64,000 nt of DNA from Cycas panzhihuaensis (lineage: Eukaryota > Plantae > Cycadophyta). Made by a program: the position numbers and the translations under genes. The notes beneath the pieces were generated by a model. That model was given only the letters and a program-made list of their open reading frames with translations. It made no database searches and was not told where the DNA came from. Of this stretch, positions 1 through 12,083 are shown piece after piece. Location of the stretch: NCBI GenBank assembly GCA_023213395.1, contig CM041465.1, positions 123,325,741-123,389,740 of the forward strand, given 5' to 3'. The stretch's first letter is position 1, and the number at the start of each line of letters is the position of its first letter.

Positions 1-3000
1 AGTCTCGCCAGGGACAGAGTGGTGGTTCTCGACCTTACCAATGGGGGTGAGCAAGGTTCTCTCTCTCCTTTTCTTGGCAATTTGTCTTTTCTTGGTATAT
101 TGAATCTCTCTAAAATAGTTTTTACGGATGCATTCCAAAAGAGCTTGGATACTTCGTCGCTTATGAAAGTTGTCTCTTTCGTATAACCCTTTGAGCGGAA
201 GCATTCCCTCTGAACTCGGCCTCCTCACAAATCTAGAGGTTCTTTTCTTGGGTAGAGACGGCCCGACAGGCACCATTCCCTCTTCCTTTGCGAACATCTC
301 CTCTTTGATTAATTTGCAATTGGGGGGAAACAATTTGACCGGTGTCATTCCCCCTGAATTCAGAATGCTTGCACACTTGCAAGTGCTCTACATAATGGAA
401 AGTCGAGTGCCAGGTAGCATTCCCTCTTCATTAGCAAATATCTCCACTCTGATTGAATTGGATCTCCATTCAAATCACATTGGCAGTGTCATTCTTCCTG
501 AATTTGGTCGTCTTGCAAATCTCAACTTACTTTCCTTGTACCAAAACTACTTGGAAGGATCGATTCCTTCTTCCCTCTCCAACTGCACCTCTCTCCGAAC
601 TTTGTCCCTATCCGACAACGTCTTAATTGGAGGCATTCCATCGGAGTTGGGTAACAAACTCACTGAGTTGCAACAACTGCATCTATGGGGAAATCAACTG
701 ATTCGCAGCATTCCAAACTCCCTTGCCAATTGTTCCCAACTCACAATGCTTGAGCTATCCCATAATCAGCTGAGTGGGATGGTGCCAATAGAGCTGGGTA
801 AGTTGGCTCTCCTTCAACACCTTGACTTAGGGACAAATCAACTTGCTAGTGAAAGCAGCACCGCATTGCCCATTCTTACACATCTCACTAATTTCTCCCT
901 CTTAAAAGACTTAGTGTTGGAGTATAATGGACTGAGTGGTGTTTTGCCTTCTGCTATAGGCCAGCTTTCTACCAAACTCGTTCTTCCAGACTTAGGAGAC
1001 AACATTATAGGAAGAAGAATACCTCAGCAGATTGGCAATCTGACCAACTTGACATTGTTGGCTTTGGGTGGCAATCTCTTCCGTGGCAACATCCCATCCG
1101 AATTCAAAAGGCTTCAAAAGCTGGAAAGATTGTTTTTGACCAACAACGAATTAGAAGGGAGCATACTGAGCGAGATGCGTCAATTACAAAGCTTAGGACT
1201 CTTATCCCTTGATGAAAACATGCTTTCTAGATCAATTCCTCATTCTCTTGGCGATCTCCAGCAGATCAGAAGGCTCAATCTTTCGAAAAACCAATTATTA
1301 GGAAGCATACCTGCAGCTCTTAGCAACTGTTGGCGTCTGGAATTGCTTGACCTGTCCTACAACAGACTCGATGGAGGAATACTGCCAGAGGTCGCCGGTC
1401 TACAAAATCTGCAATTCTATTTCAACCTCTCAGGCAATTCTCTCCAAGGTTCCCTGCCTTTCGAGATTGGTAAAATGGGAATGGTCCAAGCTATAGACAT
1501 CTCTGTCAATCACTTGTCTGGCATCATTGCAAGCACAAGTCGAAGCTGCACAGGGTTAGAATATCTGAATCTATCTCATAACACCTTGGAAGGTCCAATT
1601 CCACCATCATTTGGAAATTTAAAAAGTCTCCAAGACATGGATGTTTCTTCCAATAAGCTGTCAGGCACAATACCAAAGTCTCTGGAGAAACTTCCTATGC
1701 TTGCTCACTTGAATTTCTCATACAACCACCTCACTGGAGAAATTCCAAGAGAAGGAAATTTTGTAAATTTGAGTAATGCATCATTGATGGGAAATTCTGG
1801 ACTCTGCAGTTCATGGATATGCTTGCCTCCCTGCACCAATTCCACTCTTTTGAAACAAACAGGGCATTCATCTCTCAAAAGAGTAATAGTACCAGTTGCA
1901 AGTGTTGGTGTCCTTAGAATCTGCTGTTTACTCAATAGGATTCTTTTGGAGAAGCAAGAGTTTACATTTCTCAAAAGCTCTTGCACTAAAACGGGAACTC
2001 CCTGTTATTTCATATCAACAACTTATTCATGCAACAGATGGATTTAGTGAGGCCAACTTGCTTGGAGTTGGTAGCTTTGGTTCAGTCTATAAAGGAATTT
2101 TAGGGAATGGCACAATGATTGCTGTCAAGGTTTTTAATTTGCAGAATGAAGAGCACAATGGAAGTTTTGAAAAGGAATGCAAAGGTATTAAAGAAAATTC
2201 GGCACCGGAATCTTGTTAGAATAATAACCTTGTGTTCAAGCCTTCATTTCAGAGCTTTGGTCCTCCAATTCATGCCAAAGGGAAGCTTGGAGAAGATTTT
2301 GTATCCTGATGACAGCAATGAGAATGAAGATGGTAATGCTTGCTCAGTTAGCTTCCTCAAGCGATTAAACATAGCCATTGACATAGCCCATGGCATGGAA
2401 TACCTTCATCATGATTGTTATGTTCAAGTTCTGCATTGTGATCTAAAGCCAAGCAACGTGCTTTTAGATGACAGTATGACAGCGCATATTACTGATTTTG
2501 GCCTGGCCCGAGTAACTTGTCCCACCTCTGAGCATTCCTTCACTTCAACACATGCACTCAAGAGGATCTGTTGGCTACATCGTCCCAGGTTTGCTTTTAT
2601 GCTTCAAATGATCGAAATACTGTTTGTCACTTTTCTTGCATATCTTGTATGAGTTAGTAGAGTAAAAATTTGAAGATGATGGCTTGAATGAATAGAGAGT
2701 ACGGATTAGGAGGGAGGACTTCAACAAAGGGGGATGTTAACAGCTATGGCACTCTGTTATTGGAGATGCTGACCAGAAGGCGGCCCAGCAGTGACATGTT
2801 CGTAGGAGGACTGGACCTGCAGAAGTGAGTGAACATGGCATTTCCTGATAGATTGGAGGATGTTGTTGACAGTAGCCCACTAAGAAATGTGAGTGCTGAA
2901 GGAATGGATGGGCATAAGATGTACAAACATCTTACGGAACTCATGCCTGTGGGTTTGTTGTGCACAAAACAATCCCCTGAAGAAAGACCAAGTATGAGAG

Positions 3001-3161
3001 ACGTGGTGGGAGTGTTGGAGAGTATCAGAGCAACATTTCTTGGAACAACAACCACAGGGACTATCAAATTCCCAGCAGATATATCATCTTTATTAGAAAG
3101 TAGGACTACAGGAAGCAACAACTTGGGAGCATTTGATAGCCAGAGTCGTTCGACATCGTAG
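1..3161 (+). pseudogene. LRR receptor-like kinase pseudogene, LRR-XII (EFR/FLS2/Xa21-like), non-RD kinase; 5' end lies outside the window
   Basis: Frame 1 at the start reads RDRVVVLDLTN...LSPFLGNLSFL. ORF 170-2047 has many plant LxxLxLxxNxLxGxIP repeats. Kinase motifs are split over frames: NLLGVGSFGSVYKG, AVKVF, IRHRNLVRI, VLHCDLKPSNVLL, DFGLAR, GYIVPE/YG, GDVNSYG, PEERPSM. Frameshifts near 112, 150, ~1860-1900, ~2185 and ~2565; in-frame TGA stops near 164 and 2826. Confidence 0.93.
2589..2697 (+). other. Conserved kinase-domain intron of the LRR-XII gene
   Basis: GTC CCA G|gtttgc...aatagag|AG TAC GGA rebuilds P-E-Y-G. A phase-1 GT-AG intron at this position is typical of LRR-XII RLKs. Confidence 0.8.
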
Positions 3162-3757
3162 TTAATGCGTAGTGAACATCAAGTCCATTTTCCAGTACAA
3201 TTGTTGCATGAATGAATACAAAAACTGGCACAATTATCAGGTGCATGCTGGCAACATCTGCGGGAACGTAAGGTCTAGCTCTGCTTTAATGTCATTTCAC
3301 TCGGCAAATATTGTAAGAAAGTTATTATTATTGATTGTTTGACGCATTAAGTTGATATATTTGGGTCGGTATTTGTTATATCGAGATGTATTAATTCTTT
3401 CTATAAGACCAGGGTATTAAATTATAACATAATATTTACTGATCAATCAACTGCTGGAGCAGGAAGACAGGGAGACCGCAACGGACAGTGGGAGCTACAC
3501 GGAATTGCAAAAGTTCATAACCCATAGATTTGGTTTGGAAAGCAATTTATCCAGGAACACGTTGAAGTAAAATATATATCAAATATACAAACAATGAGTG
3601 ATGATTAGATGATGTGAGATAATATGAGCACTTAAAAGTGGCTTCTTAAATGTGTTTATTTTAGAGCTTGTGCTGTAACGTAATACACACAAAACATTAT
3701 CCGTGTGAACACTCACAAGCGAACTCACAAGCGAAGTACACTTCTAAATTGTAGCAG

Positions 3758-4239
3758 TGCGGTCCCATGTGGGGGGTTTCCGGAAAACCCGGAGTGGGTA
3801 TCGCATTGGATTTTGCGGGGTGGCTCGGGGAGATTGGATCCTATGTGATTTTTTCAATTCCTCGTGCCACAGCAATCAGTAGTAAAAAAAATGAGAAAAA
3901 ATCAGAAGGAAAAATTTTGGTGGTAAAAAAATGAGAAAAACTTAATGAGAGAAAATTTTGGTGAACAAATGATTTATGATAGAAAAAATTTTGGTGAAGA
4001 AATGATTTATGATGAAAAAATTTGTGGCCAATTAAATAACGCTAGTTGTAATACTGTATCGTTCAGTGAAAACCGCTGAATTGAACGACGCAAATTTTGC
4101 GTCGCTCGAAATCGCCACTCTTTAGCGGGTTGAGAATCCTGGAGAAGTTTCAATCTTCTCCTGCGAGCGGATAATCACCGGCTGCATGGGACTGACTGAG
4201 CTGTTGAAATTGCAGCCCAACCCTCCGCATGGGACTGCA
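3758..4239. mobile_element. Possible MITE-like element bounded by a 21-bp imperfect inverted repeat
   Basis: TGCGGTCCCATGTGGGGGGTT (3758-3778) and AACCCTCCGCATGGGACTGCA (4219-4239) are 18/21 complementary. The interior is CpG-rich, with A-rich short tandem repeats (3885-4025) and a palindrome at 4086-4104. No clear TSD. Confidence 0.35.
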
Positions 4240-5699
4240 AGGTAATTGTGTGATCCCATGGAGAGAAGTTGCGCTGACAAATGTGGTTCATGGGGCTCTA
4301 TGCAATTTTCTGACAGCCGCTGCAGGAGGTATTGGAAGCTTCTCTAATAGATGTAAAGCGGAAATGCTAAAATTTGACTATTTCAACTGGCTTAAAAATA
4401 CGTCTATAAAGCTAGCAAAAATTGTTGAATGGTAATTGTACAAACATAGTTGTGCATGTTCCTCTTTTTATGAGTGAATTTCTAACACCAATTATGTGTT
4501 GCCAAATGTAATTCCTCGAAATCTACAAATTAGAAGAGGGAAATGGAGGATTCATAGAACCCCATTTTCCTCTTTGAACTCTAGAAAAATAGTAGCAACT
4601 CCACTGCAATTTTTTTAGAAAGCCCCTTCATGAGACCATCAAGTAAGTTTGGGTTAATGGATGGAGAAATATTTTGGATTAAATTTGTCATAAGATGTTG
4701 CATTGATATTTTAGTTCATTTGAAATTTTGAGGATATTTACTATTTCAACACATTAAGTAGGGGAAATTGAACGCATCCTTGAAGTTTTTATTTGAATAG
4801 TGCTAAAGAAAAGCAACATACAAAAGAACTATGTTTAATTTACAACTAATAAGCAACTAATATTAAAATAAAATTATGGACACTAAGTTGAGCAAGTTAC
4901 CAAGGGGCTTTGACATGGTGAATGAGTCTTGTAGACAATAACAATATGTGATTGTCATGCAAATTCTAAGACTTTATTGCTTCGCCTAAGTCTTTCTAAG
5001 GGTAAGTCTAATGCTTTGTCCTCTAAAAAATCCCCTAAATATTACCTTAGATAAACTATGATGGGAAAGTTACACTTTATTCATACTTCAAAATATATAC
5101 CTTGTAAATTTTTGTTGAGGTGAAATTTGGGAAACTATATTCGCGAGAAATTAATATATGTTTGTTAAGAGTGAACCCCTAATTCTCCGATATAGAGTTG
5201 CGTGAGTTGGAATTAATTTAGGGAGTCTTCTATTTTCTAGAGTAATCACCTAAATCATAGGCCCTTATCAAACAACACAAAAGTGTTTTCTCCCTAAAAC
5301 TTATGATCGCACACTATTGTCTTGATGTTATAAACTAGAGATATTGAATGACACACTTTCATAATAAGGGACGTGGAGAGTGAAAGTCAACATGATATGG
5401 CATGCTAGTCCCTTGCTCTATAAAGGGTTTTGGCATTAAGAAAAGGAAAAAGACAAGGAAGACTTCTAAATGATGAGAAGATTGGATTCATTATTCTCTT
5501 CAATTGTATACCCTTTTTTAGTATTTAGTTTAAATTAAGAAGTAAAAAAAAGAGAGAATTAAACTTGAAATTAGAGCCCTTTTTCTTTCCTTTGGTGAGG
5601 TGTTCATGGGCTTAACCTAAAATTTGTAGCACTTCATGTTGCTATAGACATCTTTGTAGAATCTTATTTAATTGTATCTTAAATAATGCTTTGCAAACA

Positions 5700-6873
5700 A
5701 GCTAGAACAAGTTTTTCTTAGCATAGTTCTATCATTCTAGGTCGTGTGGTTCTAATATATCTGCATTAAATAATTTGGCATACAAAAAATCATCATTTAT
5801 ACTAATTGATTTCTTGCCTTTCATGATGTGTGAAATCCAATCAAGAATAATATGATCTTCTCTTAGTTTGACTATGTCCTTAAATCAAAACTCTTGAAAT
5901 AACAATAGCCATTTATTTGCCCTCCCTTGTAGCAATGGTTTGTTTAGGAGATGTAATAATCTTTGATAGTCATCAAAATAATTTAAAAGAGTTGGCTAGC
6001 AAGTAATGCCTAAAATTTTGGAGGGCATAGACCATAGCCAACCCTTCGTTCTTCGGCATTGTACAATTATACACAACTATAATTAATTTCTTACCAGTAA
6101 AGTATTTTGGATAGTTTATCTTTTTATTTATAGATTGAGTTAAGATGCATCAAATAGCATACTAGGATACATTGGCATAGATAATTTTTTTTTTTATCAA
6201 TTCAAAAATTCCAAATTTGTCATTTAAGTTTGGATACATTGAATGACATTTGTTCACTTCTCCCTATGTTTAGGGCATATCTTGGATTAAGAATTTAATG
6301 ACAAGGAAATCCAAGCATTTTCTTTAATGAATTTTCTATAATAACTTGCTATATCCAATGATTCTTGACTTGATTTAGAGTAGTTTGACTTGTGAATATC
6401 ATAATCACTTAAACTTTGGTAGTATTTGTCAATGACCATTGTTTTCTGGAAATGTGACCTAACAACCTTCCAAATGACACCTTAAAATTATATGTTTTGA
6501 GGGTTTATATATAATTCTTTTTTCTTTTGCAATCTTCTAGCATGTCACTTTGGTTTTCCAAATGTTTATCTAATAAAATATACAACACAACCATTAAAAA
6601 AACTCACCTTTGTATCAATCACCTATTTAAATATGTTTAATATGACTCCATGGAATGTTGTTGAGGTAATAGTCAAGTCAAATGGTATTTCATAGTAAGC
6701 ATTGGTTCATGGTATATATTTTTATTGATCTTTTGGGGATAAATTGAGCTGATTACAACCATTAAAGCCATTTATAAAGAATTCCATTTTATAATCAATG
6801 ATTCTCGAAAACATCTTTAGTAAATGGTAAAAAAAATGTATTCTTTCATGATTTGTTCAATGGTCTATAATCA

Positions 6874-6915
<42 letters not shown>

Positions 6916-7560
6916 TCCCATTCTTCTTTTTAACCACTATCATTGGTTTCACCCATTATCTATTGTCTACCTTATAAACATAAATTAATAACAACATGTT
7001 ATTTATGTTTTTAACTAGGGGATTCATATGGGGGGGCCTTTTTCATATTAATTTTATACCTTCCACTAATTCTATCTTGTGTACTCCAAATTTTGGTGTA
7101 ATTCCTTTGCTTTTATAAGACCATACAAATATATTTGCATTGTGTGAATAATACTAGAGCCTTTGTGACAATGGTTATATCTTAGTAATCACCCATGTTT
7201 ATGTTTTATAGCTAGATTTATGTTTGAATATTAGTCTTATGAACCTCAAGTCCTTTTAAATAATTCCCTATCTTGTCTTCTTTTATCTTATGAATTGATG
7301 TCTTCTTGTTTGTTCTTATGCCATGTCATATATTTGTGTATTTAAATGTGAATTTCCCATAAAAATAGTGAAAAATTGTAGAAGACAAATACCCTTTTTA
7401 TTTGATTTTTTTTCCTTTGGTTTTCCTCAGTAATGTGGTTGGTATGTGTTCTTCTTCTTAACACAATAGTTAGTGCAACATTCTTCACAACATAGTAGCT
7501 AGTTTTTTCTCCATTTTATTCACTTACAAAACACACAAGTTGGCCTTTACTCTGATACCA
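5700..7560 (-). mobile_element. Highly degenerate Ty1/Copia remnant with tRNA-iMet PBS
   Basis: CTCTGATACCA at 7550-7560 is the reverse complement of TGGTATCAGAG. Faint minus-strand traces of integrase (LxPPKF) near 6020 and the RT start (GKKSISI) near 5800. No ORFs remain, so boundaries are approximate. Confidence 0.4.
6874..6913. repeat. Compound (AT)n(GT)n microsatellite
   Basis: Directly visible. Confidence 0.95.
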
Positions 7561-8305
7561 TATCAAAGTTTATTCACAATACGAGCAATATTTGCACATA
7601 ATAATTACTTTATTAATCATTTATATAAGTTTGAGGTATACAAATTTGGAAAATGAATGATGTTAATAAACACAAGGGTGGGAGGATAAAGTGATATTAC
7701 AAAGGAAAGGAACACAATCATCTCCAGATTTAATGATTCGTACACCTCAAGGCTTGTAAACACCAATGGGTGTTAATTAGTTATGGATAAATTGAAAGCA
7801 TAATAATAATACAGAATAAGTATTAATAGAATAAGTATCAATACTAAATAAAAGTTAATACAAAATTAACATTAGAACAATGCTACCTTTTAACTTTACC
7901 TTTAATAATGGGTGGATTCTCATTTGATTGGCTAATTTTAGAGAAAATGTCGAGTATGTTAAATGTGTCTTACGTATCTTACTTTAGGTTTCCTCAAGAA
8001 TATATTGACCTTTTGATTCCCCATCTATTAAGGTACCATTATTAAGAGATCATGCAACATAGGTAGTTGAGGCTCTAAATTAATATCTCTCGTTTTATCT
8101 CTTTATAGTCAAAATTTGATTTGATGTTTTTGGGGGTAAACCTTTATGGCCCTATTATTATAGGAAAATATATTAAAATATCACGAACTTCACCATTTAA
8201 ACACCTCCATCAAGAGAAATATTAGTCCAAACTTCTTAATTAGTGCTCACAACAATAAGAACTTTTAGCTCATAGAGAGTTCATGAAATACTCCACGTGA
8301 TATCC

Positions 8306-8307
<2 letters not shown>

Positions 8308-8340
<33 letters not shown>
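8308..8340. repeat. (TA)n microsatellite
   Basis: Directly visible. Confidence 0.95.
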
Positions 8341-8342
<2 letters not shown>

Positions 8343-9191
8343 TTTCCTTATATTTTGTTTTGTTATAATATAAATACATCCCTTGTTATAAAATTGGAGC
8401 TTAGTAAAAGCATTATTAAGGCATGGTATATACCTAAATATATTTTTTGTATTTTGCAATCTGATACTACATGATATTAGAGGTGAGAGGCCTATATGTG
8501 TATAACTATTTTAGGAGTCATATGTTCGAATATATATAACTGATATGAATGATAAGTCTAGTAGTAATAAAATATAACAAGATGGCATTATAGGTGAATA
8601 TATACATATACCTATTTTAGGATTTGTATGCTCAAACATATATAAATGATGTAAATAATAAGTTCAATAGCAATAAGATATGATAAGATTATTTAAGGGA
8701 AGAAAATAGATGGGAGGCATATAATATGAATGAGGGAGAAATTCTTGAATAGTGGAAGTTTTAAAAGCCATGACTTCTGTGTTTGATTCTTTTTCTAATA
8801 AATCACTCAATTATTAATACATGTAGTAGAGTATGGTTATAGTTCAAACCTATGTATGAAAATAGTCCCTTTTAGAATGTGAATAAAAAGGGAAACTTAT
8901 CTTAATTATTCTCTAATTACCTTAGTCTTCCCTAACTACTTTGACCTTAAGGTAGTTAATTGCCAAAGTTGGCTGACCATTTGTTATAATTTGGAAGGTG
9001 GTGGGTTATTTTAGTTAGTTACCTCTTTGATTAGACATATATAAATTTCACTTGTGCATTCTTATGTGGAGAGAATATTCTACCCATATTGGGGGCTTTT
9101 TGGTATTGTGTGTTAGAGGAAGGGTCCTTTTAAATTCATTAGTAGGTTACATGGCTTTGGCTGTATTGTGATGCATAGTAATTTTTGTGGT

Positions 9192-9301
9192 AAGATGCAG
9201 CTGGTGGTGTGATGCCACTTGTTTTATGCCTAGTATTCTTAATGGTAAGATACCATATGTGGTGTGATGCTACATATTTGATGCCTAGTAAGCTTAAGGG
9301 T
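9192..9301. repeat. ~55-bp tandem dimer, probably within an old LTR fragment
   Basis: AAGATGCAGCTGGTGGTGTGATGCCAC...ATGCCTAGTATTCTTAATGGT followed by AAGATACCATATGTGGTGTGATGCTAC...ATGCCTAGTAAGCTTAAGGGT. Confidence 0.6.
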
Positions 9302-10105
9302 ATAATGCCATTGGTTTGGGCTCATATATTTCCATGGTGAGATGTCAAAGTATTGTTATTATTAGGCCATAATATTATTAATTCTATATAATAATGTCAT
9401 TGTTATTAGTATTCTAATGTTCATATCATATGGCTTAGCTTGAATGTAGATTCTTGTGATCAATTTTCAAATGGCTAAGTGGTGAATGTTTCTTCGATTT
9501 TAGGCCCCTTACTCTCAATCAAGTATGATCTCGTAGACTCTCTTGTTAGATATGTATAACATGCTTGTTATTTGTTTTATGTTGCATTTGATTGCATCCG
9601 CTCAAATTATCTCGATCAAAAATACATCTAAAAACTTCCTAAAAAATTGCCGATCAATTACACATCATCCATAGTTAAAATTGCATGAAATCCATTTGGC
9701 TTCGCATTTTGATGATCATGCTCTATAGATCTATTTGTTCTGAGGTTATTTTCTTTGATACACAATAATCTTCACTTAAAAAATATTTAAAAATCTTGCC
9801 CTTCTTTGCCAAAATTTGCTCATGAATTATACATCTTTCATAGATGATAAAACCCTATTAAATTTGATTTCATTTGGCATTTTTTAAACTATAATCCCAA
9901 GATCCATTCAACATTAATGTTGTTTACCATTAACTCATATCAAATCCATTTCATAAGCAATAAAAATCACTTGATCCACACTAAAAACTCATTTATTTGA
10001 TGTTTGTTCTATGTGAAAACTCTTAAAATCTCCACTCATTCATTGCATTTTTTAATTTAATTTATAGTCTCATTAATCAAAAGCTCTTTTCCATCAAACC
10101 CCACT

Positions 10106-12039
10106 TGGAAATATGAGTGAAATAAGGTGTGCAACACAAGGGGAGCCAGGGACTTGGTCACATAAATTATCTATAATCAACCTTTATAAGCATTTGTTAG
10201 TATCATGGAGCAACATGGATCAATGTAGTTGTACTGTATCATACGTTTCGAGCTTCTCACCCTCGAAGGCTCTTTTCAGATAGGCAAAGTTGTATGGGTG
10301 TGTTTTATCTTATATTCATGTGAGAGTCTTATCAATTCATGAATGTGAGACAATTCACACACACACACACCCCATCCCATGAACGTGAGAAATTTATCCA
10401 ATAAAGGGGATACGTTACATTTAACCAAGCAGCAATCTAATTCAAGAATGTGGGAAATCAACTCGATGAGGGGAATATATCACACCCAATCCAAGTGGAA
10501 ATGGCCAAGACAATGCACTAGGAAATATGAGTGGAATAAGATGTGCAATACAAGGGGAGCCAAGGATTCGATCGCATGAATCATCAATAATCAACCTTTC
10601 TAAGTATTTGTTAGTACTAAGAAGCAACGTGGATCAATGCAGTTGTACTGTATCACACGTTTCAGGCTTCTCACCCTCTAAAGCTCTTTTCGGATTAACA
10701 AAGTTGTATGTGTGTGTTTTACTTTATATTTATGTGAGAGTCTCGTCAACTCATGAATGTGAGACAATTCACATACACGCAAACATACACCACATCCCAT
10801 AAACGTGGGAAATCTACCTAATGAAAGGGATGCATCACATCCAATCGAGCAGCAACCTAACCCAAGAATGTGAGAAATCAACCCGATGAGGGGAATACAT
10901 TACACCCAACCCAAGTGACAATGACCAAGACAGAGCATTAGGAGATATGGGTGGAATAAACCGTGCAGCACAAGGGGAGCTAGGAACTTGATCACATGAA
11001 TCATCAATAATCAACCCTTCTAAGCATTTCTTAGTACCGTGGAGTAACGTGGATTGGTGTGCTTGCACTGTATCACACGTTTCGAGCTTTTCACCATCGA
11101 AGACTATTTCTAAATTGACAAAGCTGTAGGGGTGTGTTTTACCTTATATTCATATGAGAGTCTCGTCAACTCATGAATGTTGGACAATTCACACACACAC
11201 ACATACACAACACATCCCATAAACATACAAAATCTACTCAATGAATGGAATACATCACATCCAACTTTGTAGCAACATAACCTAAGAGTGTGAGAAATCA
11301 ACTCGATGAGGGGAATACATCACACACAACGCAAGTGACAATGGTTAACACAGAGCACTAGGAGATATGAGTGGAATAAGGCATGTAACACAAGGGCAGT
11401 CAGGGACTCGATCACATGAATTATCAATAATCAACCATTCTAAGCATTTGTTAGTACCAGAGAGTAATGTAGATCGGTGTGATTGCACTATTACACTGTA
11501 TCATACATTTCGGATTTTTCACCCTCGAAGGTTATTTTCAGATTAGCAAAGTTGTAGGGGTGTGTTTTACCTTATATTCATGTCATAGTCTCGCCAATTC
11601 ATGAATGTGGGACAATTCACACATGCACAAACATACACAAACACCACATCCTATGAACGTGGGAAATCTACCTAATGAAGGGGATACATCGCATTCAACC
11701 GAGCAGTAATCTAACCCAAGAATGTTAGAATCAACCTGATGAGGGGAATACATCACACCCAACCCCAGTGACAATAGCTAAGATTGAGCACTAGGAGATA
11801 TGAGTGGAACAAGGCATGCAACACAAGGGGAGCTAGAGACTCGATCATATGAATTATCAATAATCAATCATTCTAAGCATTTGTTAGTAGTATGGAGCAA
11901 CGTGGATCGATGTGGTTGCACTGTATCACATGTTTTGGACTTTTCACTCTCGAATGTTTTTTTCGGATTGGCAAAGCTGTAGGGATGTGTTTTACCTTAT
12001 ATTCATGTGAGAGTCTTGCCAACTCAGAAATGTGAGACA

Positions 12040-12083
<44 letters not shown>

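Noticed and set aside
170-2047. Intact 625-aa receptor-like protein without kinase
   Set aside because: The start is a TTG inside an LRR with no signal peptide, and flanking frameshifted pieces show it is part of a broken RLK.
8822-9560. Solo LTR
   Set aside because: The composition is LTR-like and TG...CA ends are possible, but there is no TSD or second copy in the window to fix boundaries.
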